A DNA stretch of 64,000 bases from Gekko japonicus (Eukaryota): contig NW_015162009.1 in assembly GCF_001447785.1 (NCBI RefSeq), positions 62,001-126,000 of the forward strand. The letters run 5' to 3'. The notes below the pieces were generated by a model. That model did no database searches and was not told the DNA's origin. It saw nothing but the letters and a program-made list of their open reading frames with translations. The translations under genes were made by a program, and so were the position numbers. This document shows, one piece after another, positions 36,591-48,803 of the stretch; the stretch's first letter is position 1; each line of letters begins with the position of its first letter.

Positions 36591-37387
36591 GGATCTACCG
36601 GGGTGGAAGGATTTCCATTAGCAGAAATGCTGTTGGAATCAGTTATTTGTATACAACTATTTCCCTCATCAGTCATAATTTTATAAATCTCTGTTATGCT
36701 ACTAACTGGCCATCTGTTTTTGTTTTTTAAGTCTCTTTTGGCCTTTGCCTCATTTTAAGCAGCCTCTTTTGTAAAATGGGGAATTACTGGTTTTATTTCC
36801 CCCTTCCACTTAAAACATTGAGACTGACTTTCCACATGCAGTAGAATGAAATGGTGAAGTCCTGAGGTGGAAGAATCCAGTATGTATCACTGCCACAGAT
36901 ATTTAATATTTCCCTTGTATTAATCTCACTGCAGGTAGAAATCCGGTACAGGAAAGACTGCATTGGGCTGGAATCTCTCACCTTTCATCTTACAAATGGC
37001 TTTGAAGATAGCTATGCATTCAAATATGACATTCAACACTGGCAAACTGAAGTACAAGTAAAGTCTACTCTTTCAGGATTCTTCCTACCAATTCTATCAC
37101 ATATGTGAAGGCAAACTTCAATATGGCTTAAACTGTAATTATAGTTGAAAGAAAATTGTCAGTTTTTGAAATCAGCCGATATAATAAGTCCAGATCTAGA
37201 AATTAGATTCTCACCATAAAAACTTCTTTTGCTTTTAAAAAATGTTGTTTTTATAGTTGAGACATTTGGGACTGCTTAGTCTGTGGCACCTCCTAGCATT
37301 CACTTGGCCTGTTATGAGGGGATTATAGGCTTGAAGGAACCACATAGAAGGCTTGGTGAAAACAACTAAGAAATAGTTTTATTCAGA

Positions 37388-39038
37388 GTTAGTTAGTTAG
37401 TTAGTTAGTTAGTTTGTTTATTCCATTTATACCCCACCTTCCCCACACGCGGTCTCAGGGCGGCTTACATAGGCACAAAGTGCAATAGAGGTAAAACAAG
37501 TTAAAAACAGTTAAAACCAATTCACATCCAACAGGATACATGAGAGACTATAAATACACACTCCCCCTTGCATATCAGTAGAGGATCAGAAAAGGGGGGG
37601 GGACGCCATGGGCCATGATGTTCCAGATGACCAATTGGCCCAACCCGGCGATACTGCTCTGCAGTTGCACGGTGGTGGTAGTGGCGGCGGCGGCTCCTAC
37701 TCAAAAGCCTGGCGGAAGAGCTCTGTCTTGCAGGCCCTGCAGAACCATAAAAGGTCCCGCAGGGCCCTGATCTCTTCCGGGAGCTCATTCCACCAGGTAG
37801 GAGCCGCCACTGAAAAGGACCTGGCCCTCGTGGTAGCAAGCCTGGCCTCTTTAGGGCCCGGGGTCACCAGGCGGTGTTGTGACCCCGACCGAAGTACTCT
37901 TTGGGGCCTGTGTGGGGAAAGGTGGTCCCTCAGGTATGCCGGACCCTGGCCATGTAGGGCTTTAAAGGTAAGCACCAGCACTTTGAAGCGAATCCGGTAT
38001 GCTATAGGCAGCCAGTGCAGCGCCTTCAGCACAGGTTGGATGTGTTCCCATTTAGGGGCACCCACCAACAACCTGGCCACCGCATTCTACACCAGCTGCA
38101 GCCTCCGAATTTGTGACAAAGGCAGCCCCATGTAGAGAGCGTTACAGTAGTCTAGCCTCGAGGTACCCGTCACATGGATCACTGTGGCCAGGTCGTCGCG
38201 GCTAAGGAAGGGGACCAACTGCCGCACCAGCTGTAGATGATAGAAGGTTGCTCTGACAGTGGCCGCCACCTGGGCCTCCATCGTTATGATGGGGTCCAGG
38301 AGCACCCCCAAACTCCTAACCTCGAAAGCTGGCACAAGAGGAGCCCCATCGAAGGCCGGGAACGGGAGCCCCAATCCCATACCACCCCGACCCAGGCACA
38401 GGACTTCCGTCTTCACCGGGTTCAGCTTCAACCGGCTCAGCCTGAGCCACCCAGGCACAGGACCTCCGTCTTCACCGGGTTCAGCTTCAACCGGCTCAGC
38501 CTGAGCCACCCAGCCACAGCCTGTAGGGCCCGGTGCAGATCTTCTGGGTCGGAGTCCAACTGGCCACCCAACATCAGAGTACTGCCCCCTGAGGCACTCC
38601 ATATTCAAGCAGGTGCCTCCGGGACTGCTGCCCCCCTAGCACAACCCTCTGTCCCCAACCTTGGAGAAAAGAGGCAAGCCATTGAAGGGCGAGCCCCTGA
38701 ATCCCCACGTCGGCAAGGCGGCGGGCCAGCAGCTGGTGGTCGACCATATCAAATGCGGCCAACAGATCTAACAACAACAGCGCTGCCACGCCGCCTCGAT
38801 CCAGATGTCTATGGAGGTAGTCAGTAAGGACAACCAGCACTGTCTCCATCCCATGCCCCGGGTGAAAGCCGGACTGGAATGGGTCAAGGACGGAAGCATC
38901 ATCTAGAAAGCTCTCTGAGTCGCCACCGCCCTCTCAATCAGTTTGCCCAAATAGGGCAAATTGGACACCGGCCGATAGCTGGCCAATTCAGCCGGGTCCA
39001 AAATTGGCTTTTTCAGGAGTGGGCGGACCATCGCATCA
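37388..39038 (-). mobile_element. L2 LINE, 5'-truncated, with internal deletion and 59-bp tandem duplication
   Basis: ETVL..LLLLDL.AAFD.VDH, GVPQGAVL, LKLNP.KTE, SRLDYCNAL, LHWLP, WWNELP; (TAAC)n tail at 37388-37413. Confidence 0.93.
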
Positions 39039-39422
39039 TTATGCATGGCTTGGTTGTGTCTTTGTTTTCCTTTTCTCCAGCCTTCTCAATATTACAGTAG
39101 CAAAGTTACTGGACAGCTGGGGCCTGAGAAATCTTAACAGTTACAAAGCAAGTTTCTTGTTTGACTGATACAAAGGCTTTTAACTCTTTTGACAGGAATA
39201 ACATCCAAGCCCTTTGTATTTTTAAAACACCCAAAGTCCCCAATTGACTCTCTGTCTAACCAGCAATTGACTCCCCACCTAACCTTCTCCCACTAAAATC
39301 CAACAACCCCAACCTCTTTCATTTGGCCAAATTCTTCCTTTTTCTTCTCTTTTTATTTTCAACATTCTGACCCATTGCTTGAAAGTGATTGGCTGAGGCT
39401 CCTGGAGGCCAGTACTTGGAAC

Positions 39423-39628
39423 CAGTATTCCCTCTAAGCTGAGTAAGTGTGAGCTAGCTCACAGTTTTTTAGCCTCTAGCACACACTTTTTTGTCTTAAC
39501 TTAGGAAGGATGGTTCCAAAGCAAACTAATTTATGCACTAGCCAAATTGCTCCCTTACAACTTTAATGCCAGTAGTTCACAAAGTAGAATTCTTGCTCAC
39601 AAGACTCCACAGCTTAGAGGGAGTATTG
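39423..39628 (-). mobile_element. 206-bp hAT MITE, copy 3
   Basis: Perfect 8-bp TSD CTTGGAAC (39415-39422, 39629-39636). Confidence 0.92.
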
Positions 39629-40516
39629 CTTGGAACCATCCATCACAACATGGTACACCTGTGATAAACATCTCAAATTTGGCTCCATTTTTCCTGTGCT
39701 TTGGGAGGTTGTACAGATCTGAAAAGCATACCTTGCTAAAGTAAACTTTTTTTCAATATGAGGCAGACATCTACAGCTGTACAACTCCAGTCAGACTGGC
39801 AATGCCTTCCATTTCTCTGGTGCATATTTATTTATTTAGAAAAAAATTTTGTGCCACCTCTCCAGAGAACCCGCTCAAAGCAGCTTATGGCGCAAAGTGT
39901 AACAGAACATAACATGATAAAAATGGTTAATTCATAAGCTATTAAAAACCAAGCATTAAAAATCCAGCCAGAGCATTAAAAAGCCTAAAGCATTAAGCAG
40001 CTTAAAATGCATCTAATAAAAAAAGGTTTCAGGCTAAAAGCAGACTATAAGATGTTGTTAAAAGATCAACCCCTTAATTAAATGCTTGGCTAAAAAAAAT
40101 TGGTTTGGCTTGACACCTAAAGGCCAGTAGCATAGGTGGCAGGTGAGCCTCAAAAGGAAAGGCATTCCACAGGTAAGGTGATACTGCTTAAAAAAACTGT
40201 CCCTGGTTGCTACCCACCAATCTCATCTCTGAAGGTGATAGCACAGGGGTTTGTAAGTAAGATCACAAGGAACACAGATATGAAAAAAACTGACCAGCTT
40301 CTAAAAAGTTGGGCTGGAATCTAAAGAACCAACCGACTAATCCCTGAAGGACCTTCTGACACACAGTGTTATAATTATGCATTACATTTGCATCTGTTTT
40401 TCTTTTGTGGAACACCAAGTTGCATGCATAAGGTTCTCAGGCATTCTCCATCCTGGGCACTGCCCAGCCCTAGTCCTGCCTAGCTTCAGCAAAATGGCTA
40501 CATCAGATGCTTTCAG

Positions 40517-40720
40517 ACACAAATGAAACTACCTTATACAGAATTAGACCATCATTCCATCAAGGACAGTATTGTCTACTCAGACTGGCAGTGGCTCGCC
40601 AGAGTCTCAGGCAGAGGTCTTTCACATCACCTACTGCCTGGTCCTTTCGACCAGAGATGCCAGGGATTGAATGTGGAGCCTTCTGCATTGCAAGCAAAGG
40701 CTCTTCCATTGAGCCAATGA
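40517..40720 (-). mobile_element. tRNA-headed SINE with CR1-like tail
   Basis: Homologous to 12120-12325. Confidence 0.75.
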
Positions 40721-41444
40721 CTGTCTTGTGCACTGGGTATGGGGGGTCTGCTATTCAAAAAAAAAAGAAAAAAGAACCAAAGCTCTATCTATTTCAGTGT
40801 TCCCCCTCTTTCTTTGTGCATGACAAATAACTCCTGCACTTTTTAATCAGGATTAATCACTGGAGCATTGACCAGAAGATCTGCTTCTTCCTGGAAAGTA
40901 TTAGTCACTTTGTAATGTAAAGAGTGGCTCACTTTGCTCTCACTGCTAAAAAACAATTAACAGAGGGTTTTTTCTTCTCATTTAGCACTGTCATGAGGTT
41001 TAAAAGGGTCTTTGGATGTCTAGGATTCTAAAACCAGAAACCCTAAATATTATGCTTGGTATAAGTTTGTTTGCATTGTCAATATGGCAAACCTTTATGT
41101 AGTTTGCATTTCATTAAATTTTACTATTGGGGGTGTTATTTTAGGTCTCTGAGTTTTGTGTTCAAATATTTCATCACAGAATGAAATGGGAATTGGAAAA
41201 GGAAAAAGCAGCTCATGAAATAAATATGGAAGGCAATGGACTATCTCAGGAGAAGACACAATGTACCACTGAAACAGGTTCTGAACTGTACCGGCAATCT
41301 CCTTTTTAAACCATTTTTATTTTTCAAGGAATAAGGAACAAAAATGCAATCAACAAAATGAGAAACAAACTAAAATCCTCTAAATTATTGCACTACTGTG
41401 TACAGTTTTGACTACTTGATCTCAAAAACTGAAATTGTAGTTTT

Positions 41445-41836
41445 GGACAAGGTAACAGAAGAGCACTAATACGACCAAGGAGTAGAACAGCTTTCCTATG
41501 AGGAAAGGCCGAGGGACCTGGGGCTTTTTAAGTTAAGAGCAAATACAACTAGAAAAGAATAAGAGGCTTATAAAGGCATGCTTGATGGGGGAGGTGGATA
41601 GAGAAATCTTCTCTTTCTCCCATAATCTTAGACTTCAAAGGCACCCAATGAGACTGATGAGCAGTACATTCGCCTCCACGTTCAAAGGCAGTATACTCTC
41701 TGAATACCATTCCAGGGACAACTAGAAGGGGAGGCTTTGGCCACCATGCTTGTACATCTTCTGGAGACATCTGGTTGGCCATTATGGGAAACAGGATGGT
41801 GGACTATATAGTCTGATCCAGCAGGGCTGTTCTTGT
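41445..41836 (+). mobile_element. Old CR1 3' fragment
   Basis: CCTATGAGGAAAGG..GGGACCTGGGGCTTTTTA (YEERL..LGLFS-type) and 3' GTCTGATCCAGCAGGGCTGTTCTT. Confidence 0.7.
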
Positions 41837-42025
41837 GAAACAATTTTCATTTCCCCAAATTTGAAACCAAATCATGAAGATATATTAGGAACAGCTGTTC
41901 ATTCTTAGATGGTTCAGGCTATTTGTCAGTTAAGCCCTACTTACGCTGCAGCCACTTGCACTATTCCTACCAAAACTCGTTATGGCCAAACCAGTCAAAG
42001 GGCCAGGCCTAGTTAGAAAACACAA

Positions 42026-42310
42026 GGGGCGATTTCTCACTAGAGCTGCCTCGCAGCACAGCGCCGTTTGCCTCGACACAAACATGTCAATTTCACACCC
42101 GAAGCTTCGGGGCTGCATTTTGACTCGGGGCTTCGCCCGATTTCCTCCGCAGTTTCGTGATCCTGGTTTTTGAGGATCATGAAACTGCGGAGGAAATCGG
42201 GTGAAGCCCCAAGTCAAATGCAGCCCCCCAGCCTCGGGTGTGAAATTGACATGTTTGTGTTGGGGCAAACGGCGCTGTGCTGCGAGGCAGCTCTAGTGAG
42301 AAACTGCCCC
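42026..42310. mobile_element. Fully palindromic MITE (probably PIF/Harbinger-type)
   Basis: Arms 42026-42164 and 42173-42310, about 10 substitutions plus 1 indel by hand alignment, 8-nt loop; GGGGC termini; no clean TSD. Confidence 0.85.
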
Positions 42311-42639
42311 ATCATTCCCCAGGACATTGTGAAGCAAATGAAAAAAGGCCCCCGCACAAGCCAATTGAAGGAGGCCCAAAAAAGCCTGCTAGGCCCTTCA
42401 AAAGGCAACCAGCTAATCCCACATTATCCACAGGGAGAATGGATCCACAGGGAGAATGGATGAGCCAAAAGCCTGCTACAGAGAGCAACACAGTTCAAAT
42501 AGCTTCTCCAGCCACCTTCTGGTTGGCTGCCCCATATACTGCAGCAAATGGCTTACCAAAAGCCAATATTGTTCTTCTATTTTATTTGAAATTGAGAATG
42601 GCACAAAACCATACCCCTGCCCTCTAGGCTGAAAACTAA

Positions 42640-42938
42640 AATATAGGAGCTGCACCAAAGTGATTATGACTCCTTGATAAATGTAAACCAAAGAGTATTT
42701 ACTAGACTTGCAATAAACTCTTCTCAGAAGCTATAACACTATCTGTCGCTGAATTTTTGACCCACGTATGGAAATCAAGAGTAATACTCTGTAATTCTTG
42801 TAAATCATGTTAGGATTGTCTTGTATTTTGGAATATCGGGAATATTGGTTGATGTTGTTCTTGTACTACCCCTTAAACGTCTCCTTGCCTGGTTTACTTA
42901 TGTTATGCCAATAAAGGTTTCTGTTCTGTTCTGTTCTG
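42640..42938 (+). mobile_element. LINE 3' end (RTE-X-like) with (TTCTG)n tail
   Basis: Encodes ..LSVAEFLTHVWKSR; ends TATGCCAATAAAGGT followed by TTCTG/GTTCT repeats. Confidence 0.55.
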
Positions 42939-43171
42939 GGAAGCTCAGTGTAAAACAAAGAAGATAAACAAACTGTTAGGAAATCTGATGCACCACTTTG
43001 GATTCTGCTTATACTAAGCACTCTTGATGAATTTCAGACAATGTTTCAGTTCCCTCACCATCTGCATTACAGTCTGCTGCTATGATCCAGGGTGTGGCAT
43101 AAGAGCTGGATTATCCTACATCATATTCCTTCTCAGGTAACATTTCCTGAACTTCTGGTTTGATACTACAG

Positions 43172-43878
43172 TAGGGGTGTGCAAAAAAAAAAAATTCTGG
43201 TATTTTTCGAGTTTGAGTATATTTGTATTTCCTGATATTCCCGAATCCCAATAGTGGTATGGTATTTGGATTCGGTAACCCAATTTTTTTTGGCTCCAGT
43301 AGATCCTATGGGGACCATTATGGTCAATAGTTCCCATAGGGTATAATGCAGAATTGATCCAGGGGTAAATGGGGCTCTGGGATGGGGGCTGTTTTTTGTA
43401 GAAGCACCAAATTTGCAGCATAGCTGCTGGTGCCTCTCCTAAGAAAACCCCCAAGTGTCAAAAAGATTGGACACAAAGAAGGTGCCCCATCCTCCATTGC
43501 TTTCAGTGAAAAAAAGGGATTCTCTTGCCTTCTCCAATTTGCATGACTCCGTGGTGAGTAGACTCCAAAGGCATTTAAAGGGCTCACAGTCCCTTTAAAG
43601 ACCTCCAAGTGGCAAGTTCACCCAGAAGGCATGTAAAGAGACTGTGAGCCCTTTAAATTCCTTCAGAGTTCACTCAATGTGGAGTCATGCAGCTTGGAGA
43701 AGGCATTTAAAGGTACTCACTGGTGATCCCAAGAATCCCAAATATTTTTGGGATTTTCAGGGCTTGGCCTTTTTGGATAGTCAAAATGCAGTCCCAATTT
43801 AAAACTGGCTTTAAAAATACCCAGAAAATACCAGTAAGGTATTTTTAAGGCTCAGTTTATGCCAAATGCACATCCCTA
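43172..43878. mobile_element. 707-bp non-autonomous hAT element with internal palindrome
   Basis: TIRs TAGGGGTGTGC / GCACATCCCTA; perfect TSD TACTACAG (43164-43171, 43879-43886); internal inverted repeat 43526-43705. Confidence 0.92.
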
Positions 43879-44103
43879 TACTACAGTATAAAGCTGCAAA
43901 CCTACCTTACAGATTCTTCTTAATCTCTTGCTCAAAACAGCTAACAAGTCCTCAGGGTTTTCTCTACTATCATTAAGTCTGGAGTATATGTGAGTTTAAT
44001 TTGTTCAACTAAAGGGAATTCAGCAAAATGTAATTTTCAAAATGCCAAGACACATATTCAGCATGATGTTCTTATCATGGCCTTCCTAAATCCACCTCAC
44101 CTT

Positions 44104-44467
44104 TAGGGATGGGCATGAACCAGGAAAATGTGGTTGTGTAGGTTCATGGTTCGTGGCTGAACTATGAACTGAACCACAAACTGAACTGAACCCTTTAAAT
44201 TTTAAAGGGACTGCATAAGACAGTCTGAAACAGCTGAGTGGCAGGGAGCATCTCCCCACCGCTCAGCTATTTTTGCAGCTTTCACAGTGAAGAGAAAGCA
44301 GGCTTTAAAGGGACTCAGGGTCCCTTTAAACCCCTGCTTTCTGCTGTATCCACAAACCACCACAAACTGCTTTAAAAGTTCATAGAAGTTCATGATGGTA
44401 GACCTGTCATGAATGTCTGTTCATGAATGAGGAACAGGGCAAAATCCGTGATTCATGCTCATCCCTA
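44104..44467. mobile_element. 364-bp non-autonomous hAT element
   Basis: TIRs TAGGGATGGGCATGAA / TTCATGCTCATCCCTA; TSD CTCACCTT / CTCATCTT; subterminal TGAAC repeats. Confidence 0.88.
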
Positions 44468-44644
44468 CTCATCTTTCCCTTCCACCACCTAAAGTGAAAT
44501 GCTTGAGATATAGACCTGGGGGGGGGGGGACAAACAATTGTTCCTCACAGAAAGATATATGCAGTCTTAGCACTGATCAGGGAAAATTACATTTGTTTTT
44601 GTTGCACATCATTATAATCTTTGGAACTTTGTTAGGTTAGCAAT

Positions 44645-45650
44645 TGTATAGAAAAATTGCTTTCTGCTTTCTATATCCACACGGCTTCTCCTGTGATTAC
44701 ATTATGATAACATGCTGTGTCTTATTTCCTGTTGCAAGTCAAATGGTGAGGACACATGGCCTCAATAGCCATGCCATAAACCCACATTCTTTCATACTTT
44801 CATGCCAAAAGCCAGACCTCATGGCTCCACACTCTGGCCCACTTGCGACCAGTCATGTACACAATGAAGTAGCTGGAGTTTGGGTCAGCTGACTGCAGGC
44901 AGGGTCTCCAAACTTCCAGCCAATCCCACAAACCTGATGTTAGCAACCATGACAACCAACAATTGGGCACACCCATGCCCACTCGCAATTGGCTGATGAC
45001 CACATCTAATTTGTGACTGGAATTGGGGTATAATTGTTTGATCCCTATGGGAGTGAGCTCTCTTGCTCTTGCTGTCTCCCCTGTCATTGTCTGTTTTATT
45101 GCACTCGAAATGCTGTCTCTTGGAAGACAAAGAGTTGCTTTGTGAACATGGTTGTGCAAAGAAGGGATTTCTCCTCAAAATCCCTTGGTACTGGGGCTAT
45201 CTTGGACTGATGAATATTCCTGACTTGGTAACTATGAATCATTAATGTTTAGTTAAGGCAAACAGCCCTAGCCTTTGTTATTTTTGTAATCTCTCTGGTA
45301 GTCTATGCTAAGCTCTGTACTGAATAAAGATCCTTCTTATTTCTAATTTGTCTCTGATGTTGTAACTCAAACTCCAAATCTAAATCTTGTGGCTAACCCT
45401 CACCACATATGCTACCTTGGTAAGAGTGTGCATCTCTGGAATGAGTTGCTAATGTGTTCTGTCCCAGATACCAACTAAGGGCTGAATCTCTCCCTTAGGA
45501 AAAGCAAGGACTATTGAAGAGAGATTCTGGTGGCAAATTGTCTGAAACCAGAGAGGGTATAGACCATCTCGTGGTTTGTTGTTTAATATACTGAAAAGTA
45601 CAAGATTCCCTCCCATCCCGGGACTGGCCTGGGTGGGCTAATCCTATACA
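44645..45650 (+). mobile_element. Solo LTR (1006 bp)
   Basis: TGTATAG...CTATACA termini; perfect 5-bp TSD GCAAT (44640-44644, 45651-45655); CCAAT/ATTGG at 44920, 44962 and 44988, TATAAT at 45029, AATAAA at 45323. Confidence 0.9.
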
Positions 45651-46658
45651 GCAATGTCTGGAAAAGTCTAGTCATGGCTTAATGTATGGTACACAGTGCT
45701 CAAAGCGTAGTGTCAATTAGTCTGCAGTCTTAAATACCCTTAACTGGGAATATGCTTCATCAAATAAAATGGGGATTACTTCTGAGTAGACATGCTTAGG
45801 TTTGTTCCCTTAACCTGATCTTATAAACAGGAGGTGTGAAGGAGCAAGTGAACATGTAGAAGTGGCAGACAAAATAACAGATGGGTCCAGTAAAGACAGT
45901 CAGTTATCAAAGCTGAGTAATAGAAACTCTTATACATTAATTCCTTGACCAATTTTTACAGTACATAATGCAATCAGTAAAAGAACACTGCCATACAAGA
46001 TGATTGGCTCATACTTTTGATACTGTCCATGGTTGCCAAGCAACAGCAATATATTCATATATATCACATGTTTTCCAAGCCCCCTCCACTCATAAACAAG
46101 GAAATTAATACTTAAAGACATGATCAATCTTGTGATACACAATAAATGAATCATTTTGTCATCAACAAGAAAAACGGCATTACTTTTCATTGCCAAAGTG
46201 TGTTGTGTCACAACTGCTGGAAAACAGAACCCACTATCCATAAACCATACTAACTCAGGATCAGACTGCCCATTGGACAAATGGCAACACCTAGAATGAA
46301 TACTGGCAGATAGGCTCATGGGTTTAGCAGAGGAAAAGGGAGGAACAGGCATTAAGATAGAGGAGAGGAAGAGGAATTAGAGAGGGAAAGGGCTGGATAT
46401 ATGTCGTAATGGGCAATGGGGAGGGGTCAGCTAACAAGGACAACAGAGGAAGCGGCCACATTGTGTGGACCCTAGAGGCAGGGACAAGGTGTTTCTGCTA
46501 CAAGATGTGCAACATATTTTAGTGGTGCCAAGAATTTTTTTTTAAACCCTGTACTTATTTTGCTAGCTTTCATAATTCTGCTTTAGGGTTGCCAACTCTG
46601 GGTTGGGAAATTCCTGGAGATTTCGTGGGCAGAGCCTGAGAGAGGGTGGAGGGAGCTC

Positions 46659-46705
46659 NNNNNNNNNNNNNNNNNNNNNNNNNNNNNNNNNNNNNNNNNN
46701 NNNNN
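46659..46705. other. Assembly gap inside a TAGGGTTGCCA-type MITE (about 46584-46766)
   Basis: Run of N; flanking TAGGGTTGCCAAC and CTGGCAAACCTTA. Confidence 0.9.
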
Positions 46706-48314
46706 CCAGGGGAACTGCTATTGGAGATCAGTTGTGATTCTCCCCACCCTGAGACTGGCAAACCTTACTTGTTTTCCAAATGATCCAGGCCTACGCTGCT
46801 CAATGTTGCTAGGACACGTGGCTGCCGCCACCTCATGTCTCTACCCCACACACCCCTGCTAACATCAAATGGAAGATGGCACTTCTTGTACTCACACACA
46901 TTCAAGCAGCAACCAATTGAATACAGAATTCCCATTCATTTTTGAGCCCAAATCACAATTGTCTTCTTGCATTGCAGTGGGAAGGACAGCATCTGGAATG
47001 CTGTTTGTCCTTGTGCATTCAAGAAGAACTATATCATGCTATCAGTGATAAAAGATAACTAGCAAATATTTAGACAAAATAATATGGAAATACGATGTCA
47101 GATTAAAGGACCTAATCCCACGGTTTGTGAGCTTGTCGACCTCTTGCTTCCATTTGCCCTTTGGGTCCCAGTCCTAGAGAAATTTACTTTTGGCCTACTG
47201 AGCCAAACAGCTCCCTGGTGCTGATCTTCACTGAAATGGAAGCATTACCAGCAGTCACTGGGGGAGGGGGGGATGCTTCTACTTTCGTTAATTAAGAACT
47301 CACATTTGCAGATTTCCCATTCTTCCAGTCCACAAATTGAGAGGGAGAAGAAATTGGGTGAAGATCCACCTTACTTGCTGAAGCATTTTTACAAGAAAAC
47401 ATTTCCAGTTAACCTTATAAAGAGCCAGCTTCCAGTTTCATTAATAATGTTCAAGTAGGGCACTAAGGAGCTCATAATTTACTAGTTCAGTCAGCCAGTG
47501 AACCTTTGGAAAATCCAATCCTGAAATTCATTAATAATACTGAGGTACTGGATACTACAGTGAAGTTTACTGTTTCATCCAACCACAATTCAATAAGGTC
47601 AAACTGACATATCACTAGCTTGTGACAGGCAAAAATTATGCACAGCACAGCAAACAAAGAAACAAGAATGCGTTGCTGTGTTGTAACATTAATAGAATAA
47701 TCACACATTTACAAATACATATCACATGCTTATGATTTCAAAAATGTTGAACATTCAAGTTCAGTGATAAACTAAAATGTACTTTCAAGAAGTTCTTAAG
47801 TATATTAGAATTTAAAAGACTGATCAGAGTAGTTGTGGGTAACTGAAGACTATCATAATGCATTGTTCCAGAAAAATTGCATAAAGACTTCTGTGAGTCA
47901 ATGTGGTGTACTGGTTAGAGTGTTGGACTTGCACGGGGAAGATCTTGGTTCATATCCCCAATTGTTCAAGAAGTTCACTGGATGAACTTAAGCCTGTTGT
48001 TTATTCTTGGCCTAACTGGTTTATCTAAACCTTTTGGATGGATTATTTCATCCATGTATGCCACTCTGAACTCCCTGGAGGGATCTAGCTGGAATGATAT
48101 AATTGAAATGAATGAATGAATGGAAACAATCAACTACAGATGCTAAGATGAGATGTTGATGGCATATCTTGGAGCTCTACCCAGCACAAACTGCTAGAAT
48201 AAACTGATGTGAAGTATGATGTGAAAACTGGTCCCAGAAAGGTCACGCTCTAGAGAGATTACTTCTCGGAGCAAGTAACAATATGTTATCATTGTGCAGG
48301 AACAAACAGTTTTA

Positions 48315-48548
48315 TTCATTTGTTTACTTCCTTTATACTGCACCTTTCTCCCCAGTGGGGATCCAAAGCAGCTTCCATCATTCTCCTGTCCTTCGTTTTA
48401 TTCTCATGATAACCCTGTGAGGTAGGTTAGGTTGAGGGTGTGTGACTGGCCCAATATCACCCGGCAAGCTTCTATGGCAGCGTGGGGATTCAAACCTGGG
48501 TCTCTCACCAGGGAGAAAGGTGGGGTATAAATGAAGCAAGTAAATAAG
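48315..48548 (-). mobile_element. MIR/Squam3-like SINE joined to an oppositely oriented SINE tail
   Basis: Minus-strand body to about 48508, then plus-strand tail GGGAGAAAGGTGGGGTATAAATGAAG. Confidence 0.65.
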
Positions 48549-48580
48549 TAGATAGAGACAGACAGACCTACATTTCCCAT

Positions 48581-48658
48581 GGGGATAGTTTCAGAAGGTA
48601 GCTGTGTTGGTCTGCAGTAGAACAGCTAGATTCGAGCCCAGCAGCACCTTGGAGACCA
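48581..48658 (-). mobile_element. Penelope terminal fragment
   Basis: GGTAGCTGTGTTGGTCTGCAGTAGAA..GAGCCCAGCAGCACCTT resembles the end of the 53001 element. Confidence 0.6.
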
Positions 48659-48803
48659 TGGGAAATATTAATGCACCTGTTACTTTTTCAGAGGGATAAT
48701 CTCTCTTAGACTTTGTCTTTCTGGGACCATTTTTCGCATTGGGTTTTAAGGGAACCTTCATGTCAGTTTACTCCAGCAATTTGCCTCTTGATAGATTTCC
48801 AAG

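Noticed and set aside
42426-42461. Short direct duplications (ATCCACAGGGAGAATGG x2; also 1441-1460, 1891-1910, about 36475-36523 and 62106-62141) as CRISPR-like or functional arrays
   Set aside because: Only two units each, consistent with ordinary replication slippage in eukaryotic DNA
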